The position numbers and the translations under genes were made by a program. A stretch of DNA of 61,912 bases, filler included, from Sluysia triapertura (lineage: Eukaryota): assembly GCA_046118255.1 (NCBI GenBank). It is 4 parts of 4 records of this genome, joined end to end, with 100 filler letters (N's around TTAATTAATTAA, not from the genome) between each part and the next. Parts side by side here need not be neighbours in the genome. Positions count along the whole stretch, not along the records: positions 16,416 to 28,851 come from JBJNIA010109868.1; positions 28,952 to 45,813 come from JBJNIA010196930.1; 2 more parts are not named here. One strand, written 5' to 3'. The stretch's first letter is position 1; every line of letters starts with the position of its first letter. Shown one piece after another: positions 26,500-37,932 of the stretch. The notes beneath the pieces are model-generated. The model worked only from the letters and a program-made list of their open reading frames with translations. It ran no database searches and had not been told where the DNA came from.

Positions 26500-28104
26500 C
26501 TATCCAAGATCCTCGAGACAACCCATAAATTCCAAAGCTAAAATAGAGTCAATTCCGACTTTGTCGATTAATAAATCCAATAATTTGGATTTACCATTTG
26601 GTTCCAGCATTATTTTCATCATTTGACGAAATCCACGACCAGTAAGATTGTGCAACTTATCTCTTAACGCATCTAATTTATTTTCTAATAACCATATGTC
26701 AATATCGAGATTACCCCAGTAACGTACACTTCCATAATGCGCTCCACTTACTCCGCACATGGAATTTTTATCACCTGAACTTTGCTGAACAATTTCAGTA
26801 AAACCAGTTAAAACGGCGTCTGAATTTGACTTATTAGATATGAAAGAACTATTATTTGAAGTTGATTCATGCTTCATTTCTTCGTAATTTGCATAGGGTA
26901 AATCAAATAAATTTCGTACTTTATTTATTGACCTTTTAATGATTTCACTGTAATTTTTGTTATCATATAATCGACCAAGACGGTCAAAAATTCTAGAATA
27001 ATTTCCTGTGAAGTCTTTTTTAATATTTTCATCCAAAATTGGAATTTCTAGTACTACCAATGAGATTATCAAGACATCCATCGGCACCAAATTAATCAGA
27101 TAAATATTGGATATGATTTCATAAAACCCACTTTGATACAAATTCATTCGTAAATCTGCGTCCCATTGTGCAAAATAGTAAATGGTCCAAGCTATTTGAT
27201 CAAAAGTATATTCACATTTCAATGAATAAAATCGTATTCGTTCCAATCGATTATTTTTTTTATAAAATCTTGAAAATTCATCAGTATAATTTCTTAAATA
27301 TTCATTAAAATTTCCAATAATTGTTTTTGTGACTTTTTTACTTAATTCAAGCCGTTTTTTATTTTTGTCGGTAATATTTTCAGGATTTTCGCATGAATTT
27401 ATTTTTGTACATCCAAAAAGAATTAATAATGACAAATCTGAAAGGCGACTTATATTTAACTCCAAGTGATGATCAAGACTTTGACGGAATGCGTCATTAC
27501 TGCTGCATGACGAATTGATTATAACATTCATCGATGCGCCCTCAAAATCATTATTATTGCTCGAAGATAGATAAGTATTGTAAACAGTAGAATGACGGGC
27601 TAAACCAGTAACACCATTACTTATTACATCACTATTACTACCACTAATAAAGCCGCTATTTCCAATACACCATTCGGAATTACTGTCCAAGATAAGTGTT
27701 GAACTTATTTGAATTTCATACTTAAAAACGTTTGGCTTTTCGTACAATTCATCGTTTTCAAATACGTTCGTTAAATACTTAGCAAAATCGATGTTGTTTC
27801 GTACCTGTCTTCTTAAGTATCTGTTAATTTTTATAAATAAATTGACGAATCGCAATATATGTCTTTTTTGATCGTAATTATACATTGTTAAATACGAAAG
27901 AAGTCCATTTAAAATGTTAAATTTTTCGACACTATCATTCAGATCTAAATACATTAAATGTTGATTGCGGTACAGTAAATCTGTCAAATCTTTAACAGAA
28001 TCTACTAATGACTTGAGTTGTGTTGGCTTAACAGTCATGATGTCTTTAATTCTACTTAATAATTCATTAGCAATATTTACAGGATCATTTGTTGTGGTAG
28101 CCAT
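26500..28104 (-). CDS. intronless 534-aa protein: helical (ARM/HEAT-like) N-terminal regions and a C-terminal SAM-like domain
   Basis: A 1605-nt uninterrupted ORF in very AT-rich DNA, with AAG-ATG-G start context. The C-terminus VRYWGNLDIDIWLLENKLDALRDKLHNLTGRGFRQM...VGIDSILALEFMGCLEDL fits the SAM pattern V..W...DV..WL...L...G..L...LG...F...L..L. Confidence 0.8.
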   Translation of the reverse strand: MATTTNDPVNIANELLSRIKDIMTVKPTQLKSLVDSVKDLTDLLYRNQHLMYLDLNDSVEKFNILNGLLSYLTMYNYDQKRHILRFVNLFIKINRYLRRQVRNNIDFAKYLTNVFENDELYEKPNVFKYEIQISSTLILDSNSEWCIGNSGFISGSNSDVISNGVTGLARHSTVYNTYLSSSNNNDFEGASMNVIINSSCSSNDAFRQSLDHHLELNISRLSDLSLLILFGCTKINSCENPENITDKNKKRLELSKKVTKTIIGNFNEYLRNYTDEFSRFYKKNNRLERIRFYSLKCEYTFDQIAWTIYYFAQWDADLRMNLYQSGFYEIISNIYLINLVPMDVLIISLVVLEIPILDENIKKDFTGNYSRIFDRLGRLYDNKNYSEIIKRSINKVRNLFDLPYANYEEMKHESTSNNSSFISNKSNSDAVLTGFTEIVQQSSGDKNSMCGVSGAHYGSVRYWGNLDIDIWLLENKLDALRDKLHNLTGRGFRQMMKIMLEPNGKSKLLDLLIDKVGIDSILALEFMGCLEDLG

Positions 28105-28439
28105 CTTAAAATTTGAATGACTTAAATTTTTCGAATTTATAAATCATAAAATATGAATAATACAATCTAAAAATAAAGCAACAAAACATGACTTTTGATC
28201 TGTTTTAAAGTCCAAGGAATTCAAAATAAATAGAAATCAATAGTTATATTTCTTATCAAAAATGTGAATTTAATACTACCTTAATTATGGAATTTATATC
28301 ATTTTTCATAATTAGTCAAAATATAATTTAAAATTAGTAACATTAATTGATTATGTTTCCATCCAGTAACTTAATTTTTAATTAGATGTTAGTAAATTCG
28401 AAATTATTTGTTTTTTGTGCATTTGCAAGTTAAAAGATT

Positions 28440-28851
28440 TGTTGGGATTACCCAACTGCGGATCAAGAACTATAAAATGAAGGAAGAACTGATACAAAAT
28501 GATGGATTTAATATTGTAAACATTGTTGGAATTATGAAAATGAAAACATCTATAATTATGTTAATAGCTAAAGAATACTTTCGAGTTCCAAAGACCCGTA
28601 TGCAAGCTTAAAATAGACTATAAAACCCTTCGAAGCATTGAGGTACCTTTGAACTTGTGAACGTTTAGATCGTTTAAGACCTTAGTAACCTTTAAGTATT
28701 CTTAAAGTAACCTTATAATGTATTTAAAATCTTTAAAATATTTGAGAAATAAAATCAATGATAAATCTACTATGGTAATAATTAACATGAAGAAGTAGAA
28801 AAAGGAATCAGAGAGGTGAAGGTGAAAACATCTAGAGCCTCCTGAATGCCT
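28440..28851 (+). mobile_element. LTR-like repeat family A, truncated by contig end
   Basis: Starts TGTTGGGATT and is homologous along its length to 29794-30401 (reverse) and 41057-41560. Confidence 0.75.
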
Positions 28852-28951
28852 NNNNNNNNNNNNNNNNNNNNNNNNNNNNNNNNNNNNNNNNNNNNTTAAT
28901 TAATTAANNNNNNNNNNNNNNNNNNNNNNNNNNNNNNNNNNNNNNNNNNNN
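28852..28951. other. artificial contig linker
   Basis: N44-TTAATTAATTAA-N44. Confidence 0.98.
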
Positions 28952-29793
28952 ACAACAAGTACTAGTCTTTGTTTATTATTATTTGAAAGGAAAAGGAATT
29001 CGTTACTAAATAGGAAAAAGTTTATTGTTAAGAAAGTTATATTAACAACTTCACAATTTAATAGAGGACCCTCGATACAAGTATAAGAATAATCTTTCGT
29101 AGCAATATTCACCAACTAATAATTAAACCAATAATTAAGTCTTCCGTTGGAAATAAACCTTAAATTATTGGCGAACCCAATAAGGTTATAAAAATCATAA
29201 TTGTTAAGTTATTAAATTAAGCAAAACTTGAACATATGTAAAATTGTTACATAAATAAATTAATCATTCATGTAATAAATTAATCATTTAAAATAAATTT
29301 TAAAATTTATTTTGAAATAAAGGACTATGCCTAAATGTTTAAACCACTCATAGTATAATTTAAATTTTTTAAACTAAATATTTATCAGTTAATCTTATTT
29401 AAAATAAATTATTAGGTTTTTTAGTTACTACTTTACGGAAACATTCATTATATTGCTTTACCTTATCTTTCTAGGTATTAATAATGTCATACTCTTTCTT
29501 CAATTCAATTAAAGTTCGACGAATATATTGAACATCTTGAAGACTGTAATGGTCATTTATATGTATATCTTGTCGAAATAATCCTTTTACTACTCTCTTT
29601 AGTGCAATATTTGGACCTGGGTGTTTACATCTTTTCAGTAATTGTTTGTTAGCCGCCAAATCAGTCATGCCGGATAAATAATTTTTATTTATCTCCAAAA
29701 CCAGTAAGTCATTATCCAATCCGTGTCCTTTCCTTTCAATAAATATCTTGCATAAGTGATAACAGCTCGTTCGTCTATTTGATTAATCAAATC

Positions 29794-30401
29794 TGTCACA
29801 AAAACGTACTTTTTCTTAATTAAGTTAAGATTTTAATTATTTAATCTATTTTTAGACTTAATTTTATTTTATATTTAAATGTTTTATAAAGGTTCCAAAG
29901 CTATTTAGTAATTTATAAGGCATTCAGGAGGCTCTAATTGTTTTCATCTTCACCACTCTGATTCCTTTTTCCATTTCTTCATGTTATTTATTACCATATT
30001 AAACTAATCTTTATCATTTTGAACAAAGATTTTATTTCTCAAACATTTTAAAGATTTCGTACACTTTATAATATTACTCGAAGATCTTCGATGCTTATCA
30101 AGATTTCCCCAATACCAAAAGCCAACTAAATCCCAGATGATCTCTAAATTAACAAACTCAACGGTACTCAAATGCCGTCAAAGGTTTTTCAAGTCTCCAC
30201 AAGGCCTTGACATCTTATACAGGTCTTTGGAATGTCGAGGTATTCTTTAGGTGTTAAATTTATTATACATGTTTTATTTTCATGATTCTTATTTCGACAA
30301 TGTTAATAATGTTCAATCCATCAATTTGTACCAGTTCTCTCTTCATTTCATAGCTCCATGTGTCTCCATCATTTCCTGACACACACTTGTGAATCCCAAC
30401 A
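29794..30401 (-). mobile_element. LTR-like repeat family A, apparently full length (~610 bp), inside a UBA1 intron
   Basis: Minus strand runs TGTTGGGATT...TTTTGTGACA (TG...CA termini) with a TATA-like CTGTATAAG and AATAAA. No clear TSD. Confidence 0.75.
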
Positions 30402-30645
30402 CTTATTAAACAATAAAATTTTTACAATTACATAATTGACAATTAGATATTTATCTCCAGGCAATCTTTAAACTTCTTTACCTAAATTTTACAATATAAA
30501 AAGCAAGTTATTTACGATTAATAAAGGTTGACTATTTTATGTTTATTTGACTGTTTTATTTGTTTTTTTTTGTTTAAAATATTTAAAATTAATATTAACT
30601 AAAATATTAATATTTTAAATACTAAATTAAATTAAAATCACTAAC

Positions 30646-33101
30646 ATCATTTATATCGAAGTTTATGGGATGTGGACAACGTTTAGTACCAGACCAGAAA
30701 GGAGTTCCGTGAATAGTAACGTTATCTGGAGGAAAATTGTGCAATAATTGTTTGATCAAATCATGATATTGTTCTTGAAATAAAAGACGAGCCCAAATAA
30801 CACACTGACTAAAATTTGTAGGTGATTCAACTATATCTCGTTTTAATATTCGGAAAATATCAACTGCTTGATTCATATTAATATCAGTGCTTTGAAGAAA
30901 CGTTTGAGAATTATTATAAAATCGCAACAACGCTTCTGATGGTTGCTTAAAGATACCTTCAAAGAGATCGCATGCCCAGTAAATAGTATGCTCAATTTGA
31001 AATGGGAATTTTTTTAAGGTACAAACTGGAACTTCTTTTTCCAGAGGATCCTAGAATTATTTTGGATAAATCGAATTCCATTTTGAAAAACTTTTAATTA
31101 AATCCTTCTGAAACAATACAAAAAAGCCACAAACCTGAGATGATGAGTAAGATTCTGTTAAATACGGTAGAACAACTTGTATATTTCCTTTAGTACCCAA
31201 CGTGCCAGATTCTAATAATGGTTTCCTATAAAATACACATAATCTATCCATATAAGCTCGTGCAGCAACATTATCTAATGCGTTGGCAACACCAGATAAT
31301 GAATTAAAAAAATCTGCATTATAAATATGTTCAGAATCTTCACAAACTCGATTCTGATGACAATCGATATTAATATCTGGATTCATGTGTTTTACAGCAC
31401 GGCCAGCAACTTCACTTTTCATTTTTTGTATATCATGTGGTCTAAAGAGAAACTGACGGTTTAAATTCGATTTTTCAATGCTATCCATATCGGTTACGAT
31501 CAATTTACCACCTTTCTCTCCTGTTCCACATCCAATACCCATCATAGCAAAATTTTTTAAATGCTCACAACCTATTGCTCCAGATCCAACAACAAAGTAA
31601 CGCTGACTAGCTAATTTTTGTTGAAAGGATTCACCAAAAACGGCTATTTGACCAGAATAGCGAGTATCAGAAATATAATTGTCTCGTGACAAGAGATTTA
31701 TAGTTTTATCATAACTAGGCAAACATTCGAATGCATCAAAATATAACCACTGTTTAAGTGGAGTAAATTTACTTGATGCAGCTTTCATTACTTCTTGAGC
31801 TGTTATACTACCTATCACTGCCTTAAAGTAAATAATATAACAAAATAATTAATAATTAATGTTATTACATAAACTAAAACCAACTTGTATTGGAGATAAG
31901 TTTCCTGAACAAGTAAAAGAAAATAAGTCAACTAAATTTTCGTCAACTCTATCAACTTGGGTTTGCTTAGAACTGTTGCTATTAACTTGTTGTACTACTT
32001 TTAACAAATTATCAGCATCAGTTTTACAATATGGTTTCGGTAATGTTCCATAGTGTTGAATATATGCATTCAGTCCTTGATATAAAATATGCCATTGATT
32101 AGGGCGATCAAACTTAGCAAAATCAGTCATAAGTATTTCCGGATCTTTCAACGATTCTTCTAATGATTTCTAGAAGATTAATCAATAAATTAAATAAAAA
32201 CTTACAAATTTCAGTTTTACGGGCATTTTTACTTGTACACAAATTCCACCTGAGATGTAATCAGAAAATGATGCCGTATCTCCTATAGAAAATGCATCTG
32301 GCCCTAAAACTTTAATTTTTCTAGGTAAGCAATTATTTAATTCATTCATTCCTTTAATTTCTGAAAATGTAACATAATCTCCATCCTCAAATCCATGCCT
32401 AGTTTCTTCTAAACACATAACTATACTATCTTTACTCTATTATATTTAATAAGTTAACAAATTAGTTAATGCCTTTGTAATTCCTTGAATTAAAACTTTA
32501 TGTGGTTCTTCTCCCGTTGCGTCATTTACAATAAATTCATTTCCGAAGTCACAAAATATTGAGCCAAATAATCCATATGTACTAGCATTTATAAATTTGA
32601 CATTATGATTCCGACATAAACAATTTATTTGTTTCTGATCCTGTAGATTAGATGTAGTTAAAACAACAATATTAAATCTTTTTATATTTTCGGCTGTTAA
32701 CTTTTCGCTAATAACCGAAACAGATACGTAACTATTTAATTCTGATAATGATGTTCTTGAAACTTCAGCTCGATTTTTACCAATATCACTTTCTTTAGCA
32801 TAAAATTGACTTGATAAATCATGTTTAGAAATTGATGATGGATCGTACAGTGTTACTGATTTAACACCGGCTAAAATAACGTTTTTTGCTATTTCTAGAC
32901 CAAGTCCACCTAACCCAGATATTAAAACGGCCGATCTAGCCATATTTTTCATTCCTTCTTTACCCATAACATATCTAAATTATTAGTTAATATACTAAAA
33001 TTAAAGAAAAAAGATTACAGTTGACGACTATAGAGCACTTCATCAATATCAACACTACCATTCGTTGCCATTTCAGATGAATTTTCTAAATTATTATACA
33101 T
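30646..33101 (-). CDS. UBA1: ubiquitin-activating enzyme E1, 3'-partial. Exons 33101(or 33071)-33019, 32974-32473, 32436-32206, 32169-31885, 31821-31135, 31050-30646
   Basis: [79 protein letters not shown], catalytic PVCTLKKFP (Cys codon 31021-31023), [11 protein letters not shown]. Introns of 44, 36 (GC-AG), 36, 63 and 84 nt keep frame. C-terminal exons are not found before the contig end. Confidence 0.96.
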
Positions 33102-34110
33102 TAAATTTTAAATTATTTATGGCGTAATATAATTTAAATATTCAAAGGTCAATGCCACACATAATAAAGATAAACAAAAAAGTAATTAATATTTATAATA
33201 TCATTACACTATTGAGGAATTATATAACATGTTTAATATAATAATTAGACATAAATAAAAAATATTTTAAATAAATTGATATAATAATTTTTACTTAGGT
33301 TATTGGAGTATTAAAAAATATATTTTTACCTTCACATACTTTCATTAAATAGTTAAATATCTAATTTACGTAATAAAATGAATATTTTTCATAGTAGGTA
33401 TTAGTGCTATATAATGTTTTATATTATATTGCATTATAGAAATGCATATTTTTCCACTATTATTGATATTCTTTATTTTTATAAATTAATTTATATAGTA
33501 TATTAGTTTATTTATTTGAAAATGTAGTAAAAATGTAGTAAAAACACTTTTTAAAAATAAATGTGAATTATTATGTATATAATAAATTTGCATCATATTT
33601 TGTGGTTGTTTTAATACTCAAATTAATATTTTTTTAAGCAGGTCCGGTTGCAGTAATATTTTACATAATTTTCAGTGAGGGTGTTATTAATTACTCACTT
33701 ATATAAATTGTTTAATTACTTATTTGCTAAAATCTTTACTAAAACAATCTAACTACCACCTAACTAAAACCAATAACTTCACAAATATATTTAAAAAGAA
33801 ACGAAACAATAATTTATACAATATTGGTTATAAAATAGTACCAGTAGAAATGGACTGATAAGAAAGCTTACTTTAAACCACGAAGGGTCTTTAATTTTTC
33901 TTTATATATATAAATTCATCAATATATTGGGGAATTTAAGTTTATTTTAAGGTACTAGTTAGTACCACCTTAAAAAACAACTTACGATACGTGTGAATAA
34001 AACTATAATTTTACTGCTATAAGTTAACGAAAATCAGGTAGTTATGAAAAAAACAGCGAGAGCAAAAACAATAAAGCGATTAAAATTTATTGTGACAAAT
34101 TTTAAAAATT

Positions 34111-34210
34111 CAAAATGGCGATTCTCATTAAACTGATGCTACTTTATATACCAGTCTTCAGTTAATGGGAATCGATGGAATGTTCCTGAAAATTCCAGAA
34201 TCTTAAGAAG
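34111..34210 (-). promoter_or_regulatory. HSE-TATA promoter cassette, copy 2 (five-unit perfect heat-shock element)
   Basis: GAAtgTTCctGAAaaTTCcaGAA at 34178-34200, then on the minus strand ATCGAT, a mutated CCAAT, TATATAAA and ATCGCCATTTT. Confidence 0.75.
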
Positions 34211-34749
34211 TGAATTTTCTTTTTTGAAAAATAAATAATTTTTAAGTGATTAAAAATATTTTAAAATGATTCAAAAGTGTTATAATGACATTTTGCATGA
34301 TCTGAGAGGGTTGTGATGACAACCATAACCATAAAAATGTAAATTTAAGTTTAAACTATTTACTACTTTCAAAGCATCATTTAAAAGTCCTATTGTAAAT
34401 ACTCTCGTACTAAATAAATATTAGCATTATTCGTTAGTTGCCTTATTTTATTTAGATTACTTAATAAAATAAATATTTGTTGGCTATGATTAACACATTT
34501 TTTATTAAATTTATATATTAAATTGTAAAAATTTGGTCTAACTGGCCACCGAAATGGATTGATTGCGAATGCAACAGTTTTATTCATTATTTTAGTTTTA
34601 AAATAATTAGAGAATTTGTTGAAAATAAAATTTAGAAAACTCTCTGATTTATACATGTGATTTTTTAGGCGTTATTCGTAACATTTTCAGTTTGTTTTGC
34701 TTTCTTTAATTCTTTTAATTAAATTGTTGTTCTTCGAAATGAATATTGA

Positions 34750-35215
34750 AGGTGTCACTTAAACGGTTTTCATAATTCGTAGTTTTTAGCGAAATTACGC
34801 AACCATTATTAAGGTGTTGCCAATAAAGAAAAATAAATTAATAATTACGAAACCATTTTTAAAGTGTTGCTCAAAATAAAGTTAATAAATTTAAATTTCT
34901 CTATCCTTTTAAGGTGTAGATTGAAGGCCAATTTTATATTTAGAAATTACACAAATCTAGTAATAACTAAGAAACCTTATCAATGTATATTATTAAAAAC
35001 TAAACTAAAAGTTCTTTTACAAAAATAATATAAAAATATATTGATTATAGCAATTCAACCTCGGTTGATTGTTTTTTAATTTTATAAAATTAATTACGCA
35101 ATCATTTTTAAGGCGTTTCTAAAAAAATAAAATGATAATTTGCCTCGATTTTAAAATTCCCTACTATGGTGAATTTATAAAACCTAATATAAAATAAATT
35201 ACTTATGCATGGACA
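34750..35215. repeat. degenerate tandem units AATTACG(C/A)AACCATTTTTAAGGTGTTGC ending near TATGCATGGA
   Basis: Units at about 34793, 34843 and 35092, with partial AAGGTGT copies at about 34749 and 34911. The TATGCATGGA motif also follows the tandem array at 45428-45680. Confidence 0.55.
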
Positions 35216-35460
35216 TTGCTTGAATTTTTGAATCTTCTTAAATAATAAACTTAAGTCTTCTTAAGAACTTTTATAATTTTGAATTGCAAACTTCTAAAAA
35301 TATCTTGTGTGATTATCTAAAAAATCATCATTATTTATATTAAATTGGCTTACGACATTTTGCTTTTTCTAGAATATTAAATTGATAAAATAAACCAAAA
35401 GTTACTTTTAAAGAAAATATTGATTTTATTTAAAAATCTAATAGTTTATTTTAATTTAAA

Positions 35461-35971
35461 CTATGCTTCACGGAACCTCGTCAAAGTAGGAGCATGAAGA
35501 AATTCCAACTCAATTCTCCAAACCAATTCTGGAGCATCTCTCCGTTCTGCAACCAATCACAGCCGCTTCCGAAGATCCCGTTGCCCGCAGCCAATCTCTC
35601 AGGACTTATCCTTCAGGAACTATTCTTCACGGAAACTCGTCAAAGTAGGAACGATGAAAAAGAAACCTCGTATTCGATCAACCAATTTCAATTCAAAGCT
35701 GCAGTTTTCATGCGATTCAGCCCAATCGCATCTCAAATCTGGAACAATTTCTTCTCCTTCAGCAGTTCAGGTCCATAAATCTCGGAATCAAATCACCGAC
35801 TTCTCCTCTTCCAATACTTATCGGGCTCGGAGATCAAGGGCTAACTATACTCCTCTCATTCTTGGCACACACATTCGTGGAACAGCTCGAAATTATCCAG
35901 AAGGAAATCCAGCGTGCGTCAACCCTATCTGCTACCCAAACTAGCCCCAGCACGAGCAGGGTTCGGTTACA
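35461..35971 (-). mobile_element. GC-richer LTR-like segment with an internal ~159-bp-period duplication
   Basis: CTTCACGGAA(C/A)CTCGTCAAAGTAGGA occurs at about 35466 and 35625. The minus strand begins TGTAACCGAACCCTGCT, and a near-identical terminus (TGTAACCGAACTCTGCT) lies at 4996-5012. Confidence 0.5.
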
Positions 35972-36429
35972 GTAAGTGTCTTACAACGTATCGTTGGCAC
36001 TCCTGTAACTAATAAGTTAAACGATTTAATTTAGCTAAAACTTTTAACCTTAACTTACGAGGGTCAATTAATTGTTAAATGAATTCACAAAAGTCACGAA
36101 AATTTTTATTTAAAAGATAAAATTCACAACAGAATTAGGAGAAATGCAGAAATAAATAACAAAATTTTATTATTAAAACTTATCTAAGTATTTAATAATT
36201 AGGAATAACAATTTAACATAGATTTTACCCCTCAATATATCGGGGAACCTTACAAATTACACTGCTTAAAATATAATTTACGTAAATTTTAAAATATTAA
36301 CCCCCTTAAATAAGATTAATATCAAACTTAAAAGAAACAAATTACTTGTTTCATGGAACGGTAAATATATTTTCCAATTCGCTGATAACGGCAATAGAAT
36401 TGAACTGTCTATCCAAAAGAATAATATTG

Positions 36430-36625
36430 AGTTGTCCGAATAGCACAAAATTGCAATGAATTTACTAATAATGTCGAGCGAATAAAACCAGTAAATTACA
36501 AATGGCTGCGAAAAAATGAATGATAAAAATAACTACTGAATTACAAATGGCGATTTTCATTGTTAGGTGCTAGTTTATAACTAGTCATTCACCAATGAAA
36601 ATCGATGGAATGTTCTAGAACATTT
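36430..36625 (-). promoter_or_regulatory. HSE-CCAAT-TATA promoter cassette, copy 3
   Basis: GAAtgTTCtaGAA at 36608-36620. The minus strand reads ATCGAT-ATTGG-TTATAAA-ATCGCCATTT, and the downstream TTGTCCGAATAG is shared with copy 1. Confidence 0.7.
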
Positions 36626-37932
36626 AATGTTATAATTTTAGCGTCAAAATACACTTAAAATCATATCTTTACATCTAAGCATTCACCTGGATTAATATTA
36701 TTTTTAAAATCAATTAAAAGATTCAACTCAACAGCGATACTGAATTTTAATATTATACTGTACATTATATATAATTGTTATAATCTTGTTATACTATTGT
36801 TATGCGTTGAATTTTATTATTTCATAATATATCTTAGTGAATATTTTGTTAAAGTTGATTTAATAAGAGGAGTATTTAATTTTGGAACAAATAAAATAAA
36901 AGACCCTTTAGGTATCGAGTTTATACGTTATAAGTATTCACGAAGTATTTTTTTCAACTTCATCCTGTGATTGCGTCTTCATGAGATACAAACCCCAAAT
37001 CAAAGGCGAACCCGTAAAGTATTTCATAATTGTTACTGATAAAAAACAGAACAATATTATGACATAACAGATTTTCTATAAAATTCGCTAGAGCACATAA
37101 ACTCTCAAAGTATTGTTGCACATAGTTCAATTTCCCATTTTTAAAACATTTAATTTTCAAAAATTTCTAAATTCAAAATTTATTGAGTATTTGATCAATA
37201 TAAGATTTATCAGCCTATTATTCACAAATTTAATATTGCTTCAAAGTTTTACACATCAAAAAACACGAATAATTTATTATTTGTTAAGTCTCAGATGCAT
37301 TTTATATAACACCTTTAAATGATTTTAAATATTTGCAAAGGATATTTTGTGATCGTAGGTTTCTTTCTTTAATTAACAGAACTTCCTTCAATTTCATAAT
37401 CCTGCATATGACTAATTCAAGACAATTAAGTTTTTCTAGGTTTAACTTTCTATTTTTGCCATTGTTTCATATTAGCTTCATTGACTTCGCATTTTCGGCT
37501 TATAGAAGTTTCCCATGTTTCAGCATATGTAATAATGATTGTCTTTTGTATAATTTTATATAATATTCAAACAAAATTATAATTTATTTATTATTCTTAA
37601 GTAATTAGTATAATGACTTTAAAAGAAAATGATTATAATGCTTAGAAATGTAATTTTCTCAATGATTTCAGATATTAAAAGTGCATTTTGTACCCAACCA
37701 AATAAGTAATCAAAAATTAATATTTATGTAATAAATTTTATATTTTGAAAATGTAAAAACAAATTTGTTTTCATGTCAATCATTTCACAAAATTTTGATA
37801 TGTATTGATACTTATTTTTATACCGGGTTATATTTTCATTTCAAAAAAATATATATATGTAAATTGATGTATATGTAAATGATATGATGATTTTATTTTT
37901 GGTTTGTTTAAATAATCCTGTTATAATTTTCG

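Noticed and set aside
16416-28851. whole contig as one giant element bounded by inverted family-A repeats
   Set aside because: The two copies are diverged members of a high-copy family and are both cut at contig ends, which is the expected pattern of assembly breaks.
29471-29719. ORF as the next UBA1 exon
   Set aside because: It does not match the expected continuation (H.D(Y/F)V.AAANL.A..YG), so its origin is unknown.
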